From: Eledone cirrhosa
Taxonomy: Eukaryota
Assembly (NCBI GenBank): GCA_964016885.1
Contig: OZ024760.1
Span: forward strand, 28,830,001 to 28,894,000
Direction of reading: 5' to 3'
Length of the DNA stretch: 64,000 nt
The position numbers and the translations under genes were made by a program. Shown here piece by piece: positions 24,969 to 38,193 of the stretch. Numbering within the stretch: the stretch's first letter is position 1; every line of letters begins with the position of its first letter. Below the pieces are notes generated by a model. That model did no database searches, had not been told where the DNA came from, and saw only the letters and a list, made by a program, of their open reading frames with translations.

Positions 24969-25199
24969 GTGAGTAAACATATTTATATATCATATCATGT
25001 CATGTCATATCATGTCATGTCATATCATGTCATGTCATATCATATCATATCATGGGATGTTACATATATATATAGTAGTAATAATTATGAAGACCAAAAT
25101 CTGAAGAGGGCTCGATAAGAATTGTATATATATATATCATAATCAACATTATCATCATCATCGTTTAACGTCCATCTTCCACGCTAGCATGGGTTTATA

Positions 25200-25236
<37 letters not shown>

Positions 25237-25262
25237 ATGTTATAACCCATATATATATATAT

Positions 25263-25590
25263 ATGGCTTAGTGGTTAGAGCATTGGCCTTGCAATTGAAA
25301 GGTTGTGAGTTCAATTCTCAGACCGGGTGATGTGTTGTTTCCTTGAGCAAGTCACTTTATTTCACATTGCTCCAGTTTACTCAGCTGTAGAAATAAGATG
25401 ATAGGGACTGGGGTCCCTATCATTCCACTGTAAAGTGGTCGTGGAGGTGCCATGGCAAAAAAGCACCCAGCACTCACTGTAAATGAGGTTGGTGTTAGGA
25501 AGGGCATCCAGCTGTAGAAATCAAGCCAGAATCAGTTCCCGTCCCACCCTTGCAAGCAGGGAAAAGTGGACGTAAAATGAAATGATGAAT
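25263..25590 (+). mobile_element. SINE family B, near full length
   Basis: tRNA head TGGCTTAGTGGTTAGAGC...GAGTTCAATTC, CORE-like region, one 49-bp module, RTE-B tail. Confidence 0.88.
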
Positions 25591-25721
25591 GATAGTTAGG
25601 GAAGCAGAAAATTGCTTATTGTAATCCAGTTTGTGGTTAAGACAGCCAGTTTCATGAACGGTTTCAACGTACAGTTAGGGGTAACTCCACAAGTTTGTAA
25701 GAATCACGTTCAATCTTGGAG

Positions 25722-25968
25722 TATAAAGAATAAAAGAGAAAACACAGGTAAGCATAAAAAAAAAGGATTTTATCCAGGTATTTACGACTGTTTTATTGGT
25801 AAGTGCAACCTTATTCATTATTTTAAAAATTTGGAGGTGAACAACAATTATTATCGAGTGGCTGCTATTTGCAGTATAGCAATATAAGGTTGCACTTACC
25901 AATGAAATGGTCGTTAATACCTGGATAAAATCCTTTTGTTAATGCTTACCTGTGTTTTCTCTTTTATT

Positions 25969-25975
<7 letters not shown>
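25722..25975. repeat. Inverted repeat with ~90-bp arms
   Basis: 25722-25814 is the reverse complement of 25884-25975. Confidence 0.85.
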
Positions 25976-26001
<26 letters not shown>

Positions 26002-26004
<3 letters not shown>

Positions 26005-28168
26005 AGGTAGGCCTCCTCTGTCATTGAGTACGTCTATTCCTGACTATAAGGTCACTAACTACTAGGCTATGTTGGGAGAATGCACCTCCCAACATAGCCT
26101 AGTAGTTAGTGACCTTATAGTCAGGAATAGACGACAGAGGAGGCCTACCTTGAGGAGAAGAATATGGAAGTTGAAGGACCCCATAGCCAGTGACAAATTT
26201 AAAAGCCTATTACTTGATGCCCTTGACAATAAGGAAGAGAAATTAGAGACGTGCAATATAGAGGAACAGTGGCAATTCTTAAAAGTGAACCTGCTGAAAG
26301 CAACGGATGAAATCTATGGCTGGAGCAGACCTATTGGCAGGAGGAGAGTAACTTGGTGGTGGAACAGTAAGGTGGAAGAGACAATCAAGGCCAAAAAGCA
26401 GGCTTGGAAAGTATGGCAGGATGGGGGAAATAGAGAGCACTATCAAGTGGCCAGGAGAGAAGCTAGGAGACAAGTGTACTTTGCAAAAAGGGTAGCAGAG
26501 GATAGAAAGTTCAAGTATGTTCCACAACGTGAGGACCAAAAACGTGAGGTGTTCAGGATTGCTAGGCAATGTGTCAAGGAAAACCGGGATATTGTCGGGG
26601 AGAAATGTGTCCGTAATGATAATGGTGTACTTGCGCTCACTGATACTGATAAGAAGATAGACTGGAAGTGTCACTACGAGAGACTATTAAATGAGGAGAA
26701 TAAATGGGAAAAAGGTAGTCTGCCCCAAATCGATCCAATAGAAGGACCAGCGGTGCAAGTTAAAGGTAGTATAATTAGTAAGGCAATCAAAGATATGAAG
26801 ACAGGCAAGGCAGCTGGGCCTTCGGAGATAGTTGCTGAGATGTTGAAGGCATCTGGTATGGTGGAACACACTATGGTCACCCGTATAGTTAACTAAGTAA
26901 TACAGAATGGGGTCATACTGAAAGACTGGTGTAGCAGCACCATCATTAACTGCTACAAGGGTAAAGGGGATGCTCTAGATAGGGGAAACTATAGAGGCAT
27001 TAAGTTAGTTGACCAGGTCATGAAGGTCACAGAAAGAGTTATAGCGCAACTAATCAGAGAGCGAATTGATCTAGATGAAATACAGTTTGGGTTTGTGTCA
27101 GGTAAAAGTACCACAGACGCTCTTTTCCTTGTACGACAACTACAAGAGAAGTACCTAGCTAAAAGTAAACCCCTCTACTTAGCTTTTGTAGACCTGGAGA
27201 AAGCTTTTGACAGAGTCCCCCGATCCATTATCTGGTAGGCTCTCAGAAAACTAGGTGTAGATGAATGGCTTGTGAGAGCTATACAAGCCATGTATAAAGA
27301 AACGGTCAGCAAGGTTAGAATTAACAACGAATATAGTGAAGAGTTTAGCGTAAAAGTTGGCGTTCATCAAGGCTCTGTCCTTAGCCCCCTCCTATTTATT
27401 ACTGCCCTTCAGGCTATAACAGAGGAGTTCAAGACCGGCTGCCCATGGGAACTCCTATACGCAGATGATCTAACGCTCATAGCTGAATCAATGGCTGAAC
27501 TAGAGAAGAAATTCCAAACATGGAAGCATGGTCTAGAATCAAAAGGCCTTAAAGTTAACTTGTCTAAGACTAAAGTTCTAGTTTGTAGAAAGGAAAATAG
27601 GGCACAGGTGCCCTCAGGGAAATGGCCATGCTCAGTTGGTAGGAAAGGAGTAGGCAGAAATTCAATTTCATATCCCAAATGCAAAGTATGGGTGCATAAA
27701 AGATGTAGTGGGATCACAGGTAAACTATCTAAGAACGTAGACTTTATATGTGGCCGATGCTCAGATGCAATAAGCAGCAAGTGTCCAAAGGATACTAGCC
27801 CCTTCTATTGCCCAGATGGTTCTATAGAAATAGTAGACACTTTCAATTACCTCGGTGACGAAATCAGTAGTGGTGGAGGGTGTTCTGAAAGTACAGTAGC
27901 CAGAGTCAGAACGGGATGGACAAAGTTCAGAGAGCTTATACCGCTGTTGGCCACAAAAGGTTTCTCTCTAAAAATGAAAGGCAGATTGTATGATGCCTGT
28001 ATACGAACAGCAATGCTACATGGCAGTGAGACATGGGCATTACGTGCAGATGACCTGCGCAGACTGGAAAGGAACGAAGCATGCATGCTCCGTTGGATGT
28101 GTAATAGTAATATACGTGAACGGCAAAGCATAAATGAACTAAGTGAGAAATTAGGAATAAGAGGGATA
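26002..28168 (+). mobile_element. RTE-A LINE, 5'- and 3'-truncated, with a 5' fold-back
   Basis: ORF pieces from the end of APE (QHSLVV) through RT (GVHQGSVLSPLLF, YADD, FNYLG) with in-frame stops. Confidence 0.95.
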
Positions 28169-28904
28169 TTACAATCGTTTCTCTAGCGACCAGCTCGAGG
28201 CACGATCGATGCAATGATCAAACCTGACTCTGAAATCGCAAGATCCTCGGATATGTCTCGATTCTACGAAGCAGAGTTTCCAAAATATATATAATCATTA
28301 TTAGTACAGATTAAAGTTCAAGCAAAGAATTTCTGCTTTCACCCAATTACGGGATCTTCTGAAAATCTTCGTAATTTTGGTCTTCATAATTATTATTACA
28401 AAAAGCCCACGTTGTAAATGTGGTTGGCATTATGAAAGGCATCCAGCTGTAGAAATCTAGCCAGAAGCAGTCCTATGTGAGCAAGACACGGTCACCTGAC
28501 CCAAATTGCTTCAAATATATATATATATATATATATATCATCATCATCATCATCATCATACGTCTGCTTTTCCCTGCTTGCAAGGGTGAGACATATGTAT
28601 AATCATCATATGCACCATCATTATTTTCCATCCATTGGGAGGACTTCATAGTGTTGCTAATGCAGTTTGATATTGGTTTGTTAATTCAAATGTGTGTAGT
28701 ATCTTTACTAAGGGATTGTTGTGAAAATTTAAAATATTGAAGTGAAGACTTGAATTTTTAATTTGATGTCATCATAGTACTGTTCAAGAATATCTTGCTA
28801 ATGTGGTTTAATGTGGTATAGAATGTAAAAAGTTAAACTCAATACAATAATATGATAGTCTAATGTGTTATTCCAAGGTTTCAACAATGCAAATTGGATG
28901 ATAT

Positions 28905-29040
28905 TGCTGGTACTCATTTTCAGCTGAGAGAACTGGAGCAACATGAAATGAAGTGTTTTGCTCAAGGACATTACTCACAATTGAACATACAACATTATGA
29001 TTATAAGTTCAGCACCCTTACCACTACGCCACATACCTCC
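28905..29040 (-). mobile_element. Degenerate CORE-like SINE
   Basis: CAGCTGAG..ACTGGAGCAACATGAAATGAAGTGTTTTGCTCAAGGACA plus a tRNA-like head remnant. Confidence 0.6.
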
Positions 29041-29329
29041 ACTTTTATTTACTTGTCTTAATATTTTGGGTCTAAAAAGCCATTTATCAGAAGATTATTA
29101 TGAGAAACTGGCTTGGTGTTCATGTGTTCATGCGTTCGTTGTGTAAAGACTTCCATCTCTGTTCATGCTTTCCTTCTGTAAAAACTTACCATTCTCTTTC
29201 CTTCTCATATTCTATTTTATGCTGTAAACAATATTTTACTAAAACATTTCTTTATTTTTTTCTCTTTTCCAGAGTGCTGATCAATTTGATGTCTAAATCT
29301 TTTGATATGTATGTAACTTCTTCTCATTC

Positions 29330-29645
29330 ACCCACTTATTCCTGAGAGGGTCGTTGGGGCAGCGTCCTCCAATGCTGCTTCCTCTGGCTCCTGTCAGAAA
29401 CAACCATCTCCAACTGATCTGGCTGGATCCCCAAGCAAGACCAGCTAAGCTCATGGATGTTATCCAACCATGTTGCTTGGAGTTGTCTCCATTTGCTCTG
29501 GCTGGATCCCCAAGCAAGACCAACCAAGCATCTTGCCCCTGGGTCTTCTGCAAGTTGATTTTGCCTGTAACATCTGTCCAGTGATTCTTTCCTGACAGTA
29601 ATAACTTTGCTAGGTTTCGGCCAGCATTGGCCCAGGCCATATCTA
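29330..29645 (-). mobile_element. Degenerate RTE-like ORF C-terminus
   Basis: Frames give LAKLLL, TWLDNIHELSWSCLGI and VVSDRSQ; small internal duplication CTGGCTGGATCCCCAAGCAAGACCA. Confidence 0.5.
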
Positions 29646-30207
29646 ACTTATAGGTGTATGTGTAGTTGTATGGTTAAGAAAATTTCTTTGTATCCATGAG
29701 GTTCTGGGTTCAATTCCATGGCAAGACAACTCAGGCAAGCGTCTTTTACCAAAGCTTCAGAGAGACAAACGCATTCAATAAAAATTGCTTCAGGAAAGAT
29801 ATGCAAAACCTATCATCTCTCTCTCTCAAATGTAAGCTACTAAATACCAAGAATTTGGTATTGTTTTCTCTAACATTTAAACATTTAATTCTTATATATA
29901 TAGAGAGAGAAAAATACATAGTGACACTTTTGCCTTTGTATCACTATATATATATATAAATAATAATAATAATTATAATGATATGGATGGAGTGTCAACT
30001 TTTCATTATGTTTATTGAGGTCTGACATGTGTTTCATGATTGATCAGCTCAAGGTTTGATCTGTATTGATCTGGCCAGACTCTGGAATCAAAGCTCATCA
30101 GACTTCTGTTAGTGCAGTGACGGAATCATAAATGGAGGGAGAATAACCAAGTTATACCTAAAACATAATTTTAATTTTACATATGTTTCACACACACACA
30201 CACACAC

Positions 30208-30513
30208 ATCATCATCATCATCATTTTACGTCCGCTTTTCCATGCTAGCAAGGGTGGGATGGGAACTGATTCTGGCTTGATTTCTACAGCTGGATGCCCT
30301 TCCTAACACCAACCTCATTTACAGTGAGTGCTGGGTGATTTTTTCCGTGGCGCCTACACATCCACTTTACAGTGTGGGCTGGGTGATTTTTTTCCGTGGC
30401 ACCTCCACGACCAGTTTGCAGTGGAATGATAGGGACCCCAGTCCCTATAATCTCATTTCTACAGCTGAGTAAACTGGAGCAATGGGAAATAAAGTGTCTT
30501 GCTCAAGGACACA
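30208..30513 (-). mobile_element. SINE family B with two 49-bp modules
   Basis: Homologous to 25263-25590. Confidence 0.85.
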
Positions 30514-30562
30514 AGACATCAGCCCTGGCCGTTTCGACACCTAAATCCGAATTATATATATA

Positions 30563-31053
30563 TAAACGAAGGAGAGGCGGTTTTCCTTTGTGTGATAGCT
30601 ATGGCGAAAGAGGTTGTATAGTGGACAAGATTGAAAGGGCTGAGGTCAGACACCTTTCTCTCCGGCCAACAACTGATTCCTTTTTTCAAATACCACTTTG
30701 GAAGAAGAATCAGGATGGAGAGAGAGGTGCTGTACCCCAGCAAGTTTTATGAAAGGTGGGTGAAAGTGGCGAGAATGGCCCGAGTGAATGGGCCTTCTCT
30801 CTATATCAGCCTGTAGGTTGAGGAAAAGGAGGAGGAGAGGAAAGGAGTACAAACTCTTCGTACTCCTGGAGATGAGGGTTGCACATTTTTTCGGGGGTAT
30901 GTGTTACCCATATAAACTGTCTCCCCCTATTGGGGAAAATCGACTAACTTTTTAAATTGCATTTGTGATAACATTTTACACGTTTTTATTGTATGTAAAC
31001 TTCCCCCTTTGTATTTGCCCCCTTTTTTTGTGCCCCTGTGGCTAATAAAGAAA
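30563..31053 (+). mobile_element. L1/Tx1-like LINE 3' fragment
   Basis: AMAKEVV*WTRLKG...RIRMERE...FYERW resembles an L1/Tx1 ORF2 C-terminus; T-rich UTR ending AATAAAG. Confidence 0.55.
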
Positions 31054-31063
31054 CATATATATA

Positions 31064-31640
31064 CTAGCTAAAGTACCCGTCCTTTGGACGGTTCAAGTAG
31101 CTTTCGATGTAGCTCATTAAACTAAACAAAGTAAATTTGAATACATAGAAGAAAAACATACTTTATGTAAACATGAAAACCTTAGGCACTATTCCAGCGA
31201 AATAATTAATATGTGAGCTCGGTGTCATCCGTTATCCCATGTAACAACAGAAATCCAGTCTAGGTATACATTTGTTTGACAACAGTTAGACCTTTTGTTT
31301 CAAGTACAAAGAGTAAAGTAAAATCCGAATGAGCCGAATTGTAATAATCAAAATCCCAAAACAAAATTTTTGACAACATCAAAAATGAGTTCCTATTGTA
31401 TTGACGAAAGGTAACTCTTGTCTTACTTAATCACGAAAATTGACACAAATAACCTAAACTTTTTTAATGTCTCCAAAGGCCCCAATATCGATTTCTGAAA
31501 GCCTTTGTAGATCATGTACAGGTTTTGTACAAGGAGAAGCTCTGTAAAAAATTTCAAAGAAATCGCATGAATGTAGAATATATGAGCCCTCATTAAAAAT
31601 TGTCCACATGCACATACAGAAAACTTCAGCTTTATACAGA
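31064..31640 (-). mobile_element. Non-autonomous Helitron
   Basis: Minus strand: A|TCTGTATAAAGCTGAAG 5' end; 3' hairpin CCGTCC-aaa-GGACGG then CTAG|T. Confidence 0.75.
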
Positions 31641-31729
31641 TTAGTGTTATTTTTCAACTTTATAAAGGTTTAGCTCCCACCCCGCTTATCTTGTTTCAAT
31701 TAACAAAACACCAATCTATGCAAAATTTC

Positions 31730-32156
31730 AGCTGAAAGTTTGAAGTTTTCGCCCAGGAAGTCATTTTTTCAGATAAAAATGTTTTATCTCTTATATAATT
31801 TTCTCTTGAATTAAAAACTTGTTCAGAGTTATTCTTGTTATTAGAAGGATAATTGACAATAAATATAATGGGGAAGGCAACTTGCAAAATTGGAGCAAAC
31901 ACCTATTTTTCACTGTGGGAGCAGCAAAAATGTTAACTTTCGGAAAATTACCTATTGCTAAGGGCCACCCTAATATACATATATATGTATGTGGTTGATA
32001 GCTGAGAGAAATGAGTACTTGGTATTCAGTAATATATATATATACACACACACATATATATATATATATATGTATATATACTCTCCTTACTATCCTTGCT
32101 TTCATATTTCTCTTTGCTCCCCTTTTCTCATTGTATTTGTATATAAACAAGTACAT
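31730..32156. repeat. Unclassified interspersed repeat C
   Basis: Homologous to 19830-20282. Confidence 0.75.
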
Positions 32157-32157
32157 A

Positions 32158-33445
32158 CAGGGTGCGGACGATATTTGTTCGCAAGATTACTGTCTAGGAA
32201 AAAATAACACAGTAGTTTTATTTTTTAAGATATATTTATCAAACTTGGGTCAGTTTGTCTTCATGACTTGTTCTTTCGATCTCACTCGATAAACCCGCCA
32301 TTGGCTTTGATGACGGCCTCAAGGTGGCCTCGGAACCGGCTACAGGCCTTCGTCACTGTCCCCCGACTTAGGCCCCTAAAGGCACTGGTGATCCTGGCCT
32401 TCAGATCGTCTTTCGTATTGCAGCTAGATCTGTTGGTGTCTCGTTCCACTGCGCCCCACACAAAGAAGTCGAGGGGGTTGCAGTCAGGTGAGCTGGGAGG
32501 CCAGATGTCAGGTGAAGTGTGGTCGACGAAGTACTCTGACAGCCAGGCTTGGGTCTTTCGGCTGGTATGGCAGGGCGCTGAGTTTTGCTGCCACACGTAC
32601 GGCCTACCTGCAGCTACCTGGTCGATCCAGGGCTTTACTACCTTGCTCAGAATGCGGATGTAGCCATCGGTGTTCAGCTTGAGGCCCTCAGGGAAGAAGT
32701 GAGGTGGCATGACGTCACCTTGACTGTTGACGACACCTAAGACCAATGTTGTCGCTGGAAACTTTGTCTGCATGACTCTGGGCACGTCTTTGGATGAGAC
32801 AGCGAGCCACCTGCTGTTCTGGGAGTTGATCTTCTGGTCTTGGCAGAAGTTTTTCCCGTCGGAGAAAAACCACAGCATGTCTGGCTCCAGTGGGTGATCA
32901 GCTTCTTTGCGTGCTTCAGTCGCTTTTCTTGCATCGCCTTTGACAGAAATTGTCCTTTCCTCATCTTGTATGAAACGTAGTGAATGTCTTCATGTACCAC
33001 CAGCCTAATGAGCTTTTCATCCACGCCTTTCTCCCTTGCAATGGCACGCATCGACTTGTTAGGTTCATTGTTGATGATATCCTGAACTTCAGCGACGAAC
33101 TTGGGCGCTCTGAAGGTGTCAGATCGTCGATCATGTGTTTTCCTCTCTGTTGCTTCGTAGTCGAATCCTGAATCCTCCAATTCCTTTCTGACCTTTTCCA
33201 CCATGCTCCTACTGACGCTGAGAAAGTCTGAAATTTCCTTATTTGTCCTCCCGGCGCGGATTCCAAGAACTCCGTGTCTCTTCCACAAATTTGGAGGTTC
33301 AAAATTATTCATAATCAATTATTCTGAAAATAAATAATGGAAATATAGTCACTGTTTTTATGAAGACAAGAGTGACAACAGAAGGAAAAAAAATTTGCAT
33401 AAAATTAGCAGTTGAAAATTGAGAACAAATATCGTCCGCACCCTG
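32158..33445 (-). mobile_element. Tc1/mariner DD37D (maT) transposon, 1288 bp, inactivated
   Basis: TIRs CAGGGTGCGGACGATATTTGTTC with TA on both sides; transposase split by a frameshift near 32890; motifs FSD, QQN(D)SAPCH and SPDCNPLD with 37 aa between D2 and D3. Confidence 0.93.
32282..33318 (-). pseudogene. maT transposase pseudogene
   Basis: HTH N-terminus in ORF 32737-33318 and catalytic domain in ORF 32282-32878; second catalytic D is N. Confidence 0.88.
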
Positions 33446-33470
33446 TATATATCAGTATGTGGTTATATAT

Positions 33471-36400
33471 ATCATCATCATCATCATCATCATCATCATC
33501 GTTTAACGTCCATCTTCCACGCTAGCATGGGTTTGGACAGGAGTTTTCCCACTTGAGGCAAGATTGGTTGTCCTGCTCGTATAGGACTGTCTGGCGGGTT
33601 TTCTATGGCTGGATGCCCTTCCCAACATCAACCACGTTTACAGTGTGGACTGGGAGGTTTTTACCGTGTTACCTACACGGCCACATTACAGCGTGGACTG
33701 TGTGTTTTTTTGTCGTGACACCTACACGACCTCATTTGTTTCGGACTGGTTGTTGTGGTACCAACATAACTTCACATTGAAGGAGGTGGTGTGGATGGGG
33801 TGGGGTAGTGGGGCCGGGGTGTATTTTGTTAGAGGTGCCTACTGACTGTAGGTTTCGCTTTGTACTTAGGCAAGGCGGGTCTTCTGTATTACTGCGTAGT
33901 GCCAAAGATCTCGATCCAGTGAGATTGTTTTGGAGAGGTGTAAGTGTGTGAGGTCGGAATTTATCAAGTCGTCCCAGGTTTTTCTGGGTCAACCTACTCC
34001 ATAGCTTCCATCTATTTTTATCACCCCACACTTTTTTATACAGCTGTCATCTTTCATGCGCATCACGTGACCATACCAACTTAGTATCTCTCGAGTAAAC
34101 AGCATCTGATCCCTCTTATTCCTAATTTCTCCCTTAGTTTGTTTATGCTTTGGCGTTCACGTATATTACAGTTACACATCGAACGGAGCATACATGCTTC
34201 GTTCCTTTCCAGTCTACGCAGGTCCTCTGCACGCAATGCCCATGTCTCACTGCCATGTAGCATTGCTGTTCGTATGCAGGCATCATACAATCTGCCTTTT
34301 GTGGCCAACAGCGGTATAAGCTCTCTGAACTTTTTCCATCCTGACTCTGGCTACTGTACCTTCAGAACACCTTCCATCACTGCTGATTTCATCACCTAGG
34401 TAACAGAAAGTGTCTACTATTTCTATAGAACCATCTGGGCAATAGAAGGGGCTAGTATCCTGTGGACACTTGCTACTTATTGCACCTGAGCATCGGCCAC
34501 ATATAAAGTCTATGTTCTTAGATAGTTTACCTGTGATCCCACTACATTTTTTATGTACCCATACTTGGCATTTGGGACATGAAATTGAATTTCTGCCTAC
34601 TCCTTTCCTACACACTGAGCATGGCCATTTCCCTGAGCGCACCTGTGCTCTATTTTCCTTCCTACAAACTAGAACTTTAGTCTTAGACAAGTTAACTTTA
34701 AGGCCTTTTAATTCAAGGCCATGCTTTCATGTTTGGAATTTCTTTTCTAGTTCAGCCATTGATTCAGCTATGAGCGTTAAGTCATCTGCGTATAGGAGTT
34801 CCCATGGGCAGCCGGTCTTGAACTCCTCAGTTATAGCCTGAAGGGCAGTAATAAATAGGAGGGGACTAAGGAGAGAGCCTTGGTGATCACCAACTTTTAC
34901 ACTAAATTCTTCACAATATTCATTGTTAATTCTAACCTTACTGACTGTTTCATTATACATAGCTTGTATAGCTCTCACAAGCCATTCATCTACACCTAGT
35001 TTTCTAAGAGCCCACCAGATAATGGAGCGGGGGACTCTGTCAAAGGCTTTTTCCAGGTCTACAAAAGCTAAGTAGAGGAGTTTACTTTTAGCTAGGTACT
35101 TCTCTTGTAGTTGTCGTACAATGAAAAGAGCGTCTGTGGTACTTTTACCTGACACAAACCCAAACTGCATTTCATCTAGATCAATTCGCTCTCTGATTAG
35201 TTGCACTATAACTCTTTCTGTGACCTTCATGACCTGGTCAACTAACTTAATGCCTCTATAGTTTCCTCTATCTAGAGCATCTCCTTTACCCTTGTAGCAG
35301 TTAATGATGATGCTGCTACGCCAGTCTTTTGGTATGACCCCATTCTGTATTACTTGGTTAACTATACAGGTGACCCTAGTATGTCCCACCATTCCAGATG
35401 CTATCAATATCTCAGCAACTATCTCCAAAGGCCCAGCTGCCTTGCCTGTCTTCATATCTTTGATTGCCTTACTTATTATACTACCTTTAACTTGCACCGC
35501 TGGTGCTTCTATTGGATCGATTTGGGGCAGACTATCTTTTTCCCACTTATTCTCCTCATTTAATAGTCTCTCATAGTGACACTTCCAGGCTATTTTCTTA
35601 TCAGCATCAGTGAGTGCAAGTACATCGTTATCATTACGGAGACACTTCTCCCCGACAATATCACGGTTTTCCTTGACACATTGTCTAGCAATCCTGAACA
35701 CCTCGCGTTGTAGAACATGCTTGAACTTTCTATCCTCTGCTTCCCTTTTTCCAAGGTACACTTGTCTCCTAGCTTTTCTCCTGGCCACTTGATAGTGCTC
35801 GCTACTTCCCCCATCCTGCCATACTTTCCAAGCCTGCTTTTTGGCCTTGATTGTCTCTTCCACCTTACTGTTCCACCACCAAGTTACTCTCAGCCTGCCA
35901 ATAGGTCTGCTCCAGCCATAAATTTCAGCAGGTTCACTTTCAAGAATTGCCACTGTTCCTCTATATCGCATGTCTCTAATTGCTCTTCCTTATTGTCAAA
36001 GGCATCAAGTAATAAGCTTTTAAATTTGTCACTGGCTATGGGGTCCTTCAACTTCTATATTCTTCTCCTCAAGGTAGGCCTCCTCTGTTGTCGGGTACGT
36101 CTATTCCTGACTATGAGGTCACTAACTACTAGGCAATGTTGGGAGGTGTATTCTTCATGGGGGAGGGATTTAGTGTTTACAACAGAGACTTTGTCCCGTC
36201 TTCTAGTAAGGATATAATCTATCTGGCTGGCGTGTTCCCCTGATCTATAGGTGATCAAGTGGTTTTCACGTTTTTTGAAGTTTGTGTTACAGATAGTTAG
36301 GTTATTGGCGTTACAGAATTCCAGGATTCTGAAGCCTTCCTCATTTCTATTTCCAACCCCATAGCCTCCATGGCTTCCATCATAGCCATCACTATGTTGT

Positions 36401-37050
36401 CCAACGTGGCCGTTTAGATCACCAGCAATAAGTACTGTCGGTTATTTGGGAGGTAGTGTGCATTAGCGTCTCATAGAAGACCAGATTGGGGTGCATAAGC
36501 AGATATTATTGTCACAGTAGTTTTATTTTAATTATTCTGTCATTTACTCTATATACGTCGATTACCTTATCTACCCATTTTTCAGCTAACATAATTCCTA
36601 CACCACCCAGTCCGTTGTCGTTTCCCACCCAGAAAAGTTTATAGCATCGTTTTTTACCCACGATGCATCTGGCAGAGCCCCCTCTCCACCTAGTCTCTTG
36701 AATACAACAAATATCAACTTCTTTACGTTCAAGCATCTCTACAACCTCATTTGAGCGGCCTTTTAATGTGCCTACGTTCATGGTACCAACTCTGAAGTTG
36801 GGAGGGTGGGATGGATGGGTTAGAAGGGCAAGGAGGGGTGTGGGAGACGGAATTATGTTGCTCATCTGTGTCGGATATAAAGAGGGGTCCTTGTATTCTC
36901 GTCTTGCAGCTTGAGGTGAATTTATCTTTATCTGTGACATCTGTGACATCGTCATTGAATGCTTTGACTTTCCAAATCTCTGCAGTCCACCTATCAAACA
37001 GGTCTAAACTTAAGGAGTAGTAACCGGGGTGGTAGCTTTGCTATACTGAT
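33471..37050 (-). mobile_element. Near full-length RTE-A LINE (APE-RT single ORF, disrupted)
   Basis: APE motifs (GTMNVGTL, CIQETRW, GDLNGHVG, QIDYIL), RT, C4HC3 finger, RLRWYGHV-type C-terminus, about 400-bp 3' UTR and (GAT)n tail; 5' boundary approximate. Confidence 0.95.
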
Positions 37051-37289
37051 TTATTAGAGAACTTACTAAAGCCGCTGAGTTATGATTGGACCATTAGCAA
37101 TGGTGGTGTGTGGGGGTGGGAGGGCGGGAAATGGGTAACTTTAGGAGAAGGATTTGATTTAGGAAGGGTCCAACAGAATGAGACAAATCATTTAAAAACA
37201 TGTAAATATTAATTGAAAATCCGAGAGAAACAAATGGAGAATTTGAATTGTAGGCTAGCATAGAGAGAAAGAGCAAAGTGATTACAAAT

Positions 37290-37306
37290 TTATATATATA
37301 TATACA

Positions 37307-37357
<51 letters not shown>

Positions 37358-37850
37358 TACGTGGTTATACATATATAATTGTTTCTACTTTTGGCACAAG
37401 GCCAGCAATTACCCAGTGTATTACTGGTACTTTATTTTATCGACCCCGTAAGGATGAAAGGCAAAGTTAATGTATATATATTATATATATATATATCAGT
37501 ATGTGGTTATATATATATACAATGTATATATATATATATGTATATATACATGTATCAGTATGTGGTTATATATATATATACAATGTATTTACATATATCA
37601 GTATGTGGTTATATATACAATGTATATATATATATATCAGTATGTGGTTATATATATATATATATATATCTAACCACATACTTATATATATATATACATT
37701 GTATATATAACCACATACTGATATATGTAAATACATTGTATATATATATATAACCACATACTGATACATGTATATATACATATATATACATTGATGATGA
37801 TTGTATATATAACCACATACTGATATATGTAAATATGTGGTTATATATAC
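37290..37850. repeat. Degenerate repeat ATATCAGTATGTGGTTATATATACAATGT with a strand inversion near 37665
   Basis: Units on + before about 37660 and reverse-complement units after. Confidence 0.8.
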
Positions 37851-37852
37851 AA

Positions 37853-38193
37853 TCATCATCATCATCATCATTTTACGTCCGCTTTTCCCTGCTTGCAAGG
37901 GTGGGACGGGAACTGATTCTGGCTTGATTTCTACAGCTGGATGCCCTTCCTAACACTAACCTCAATTACAGTGAGTGCTGGGTGCTTTTTTGCCGTGGCA
38001 CCCCCACGACCACTTTACAGTGGAATGATATGGACCTCAGTCCCTATCATCTCATTTCTACAGCTGAGTAAACTGGAGCAATGTGAAATAAAGTGTCTTG
38101 CTCAAGGAAACAACACATCACCCGGTCTGAGAATTGAACTCACAACCTTTTGATTGCAAGGCCAATGCTCTAACCACTAAGCCATGTGCCTCC
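37853..38193 (-). mobile_element. SINE family B, full length
   Basis: Head GGAGGCACATGGCTTAGTGG through the RTE-B tail. Confidence 0.88.

Noticed and set aside
24564-25118. 184-aa single-exon PDZ ORF
   Set aside because: No ATG start and only half a PDZ domain; splice signals delimit 24575-24968
25085-25120. CTGAAGA core near the exon
   Set aside because: No paired stem II and no GAAA partner
25263-25330. tRNA gene
   Set aside because: A/B boxes run into CORE-like SINE sequence and no complete cloverleaf is present; the same holds for the other SINE heads
33447-37370. ATATCAGTA(T/C)GTGGTTATA as the TSD of the large LINE
   Set aside because: The motif is a local multi-copy repeat and lies about 300 bp from the inferred 5' end
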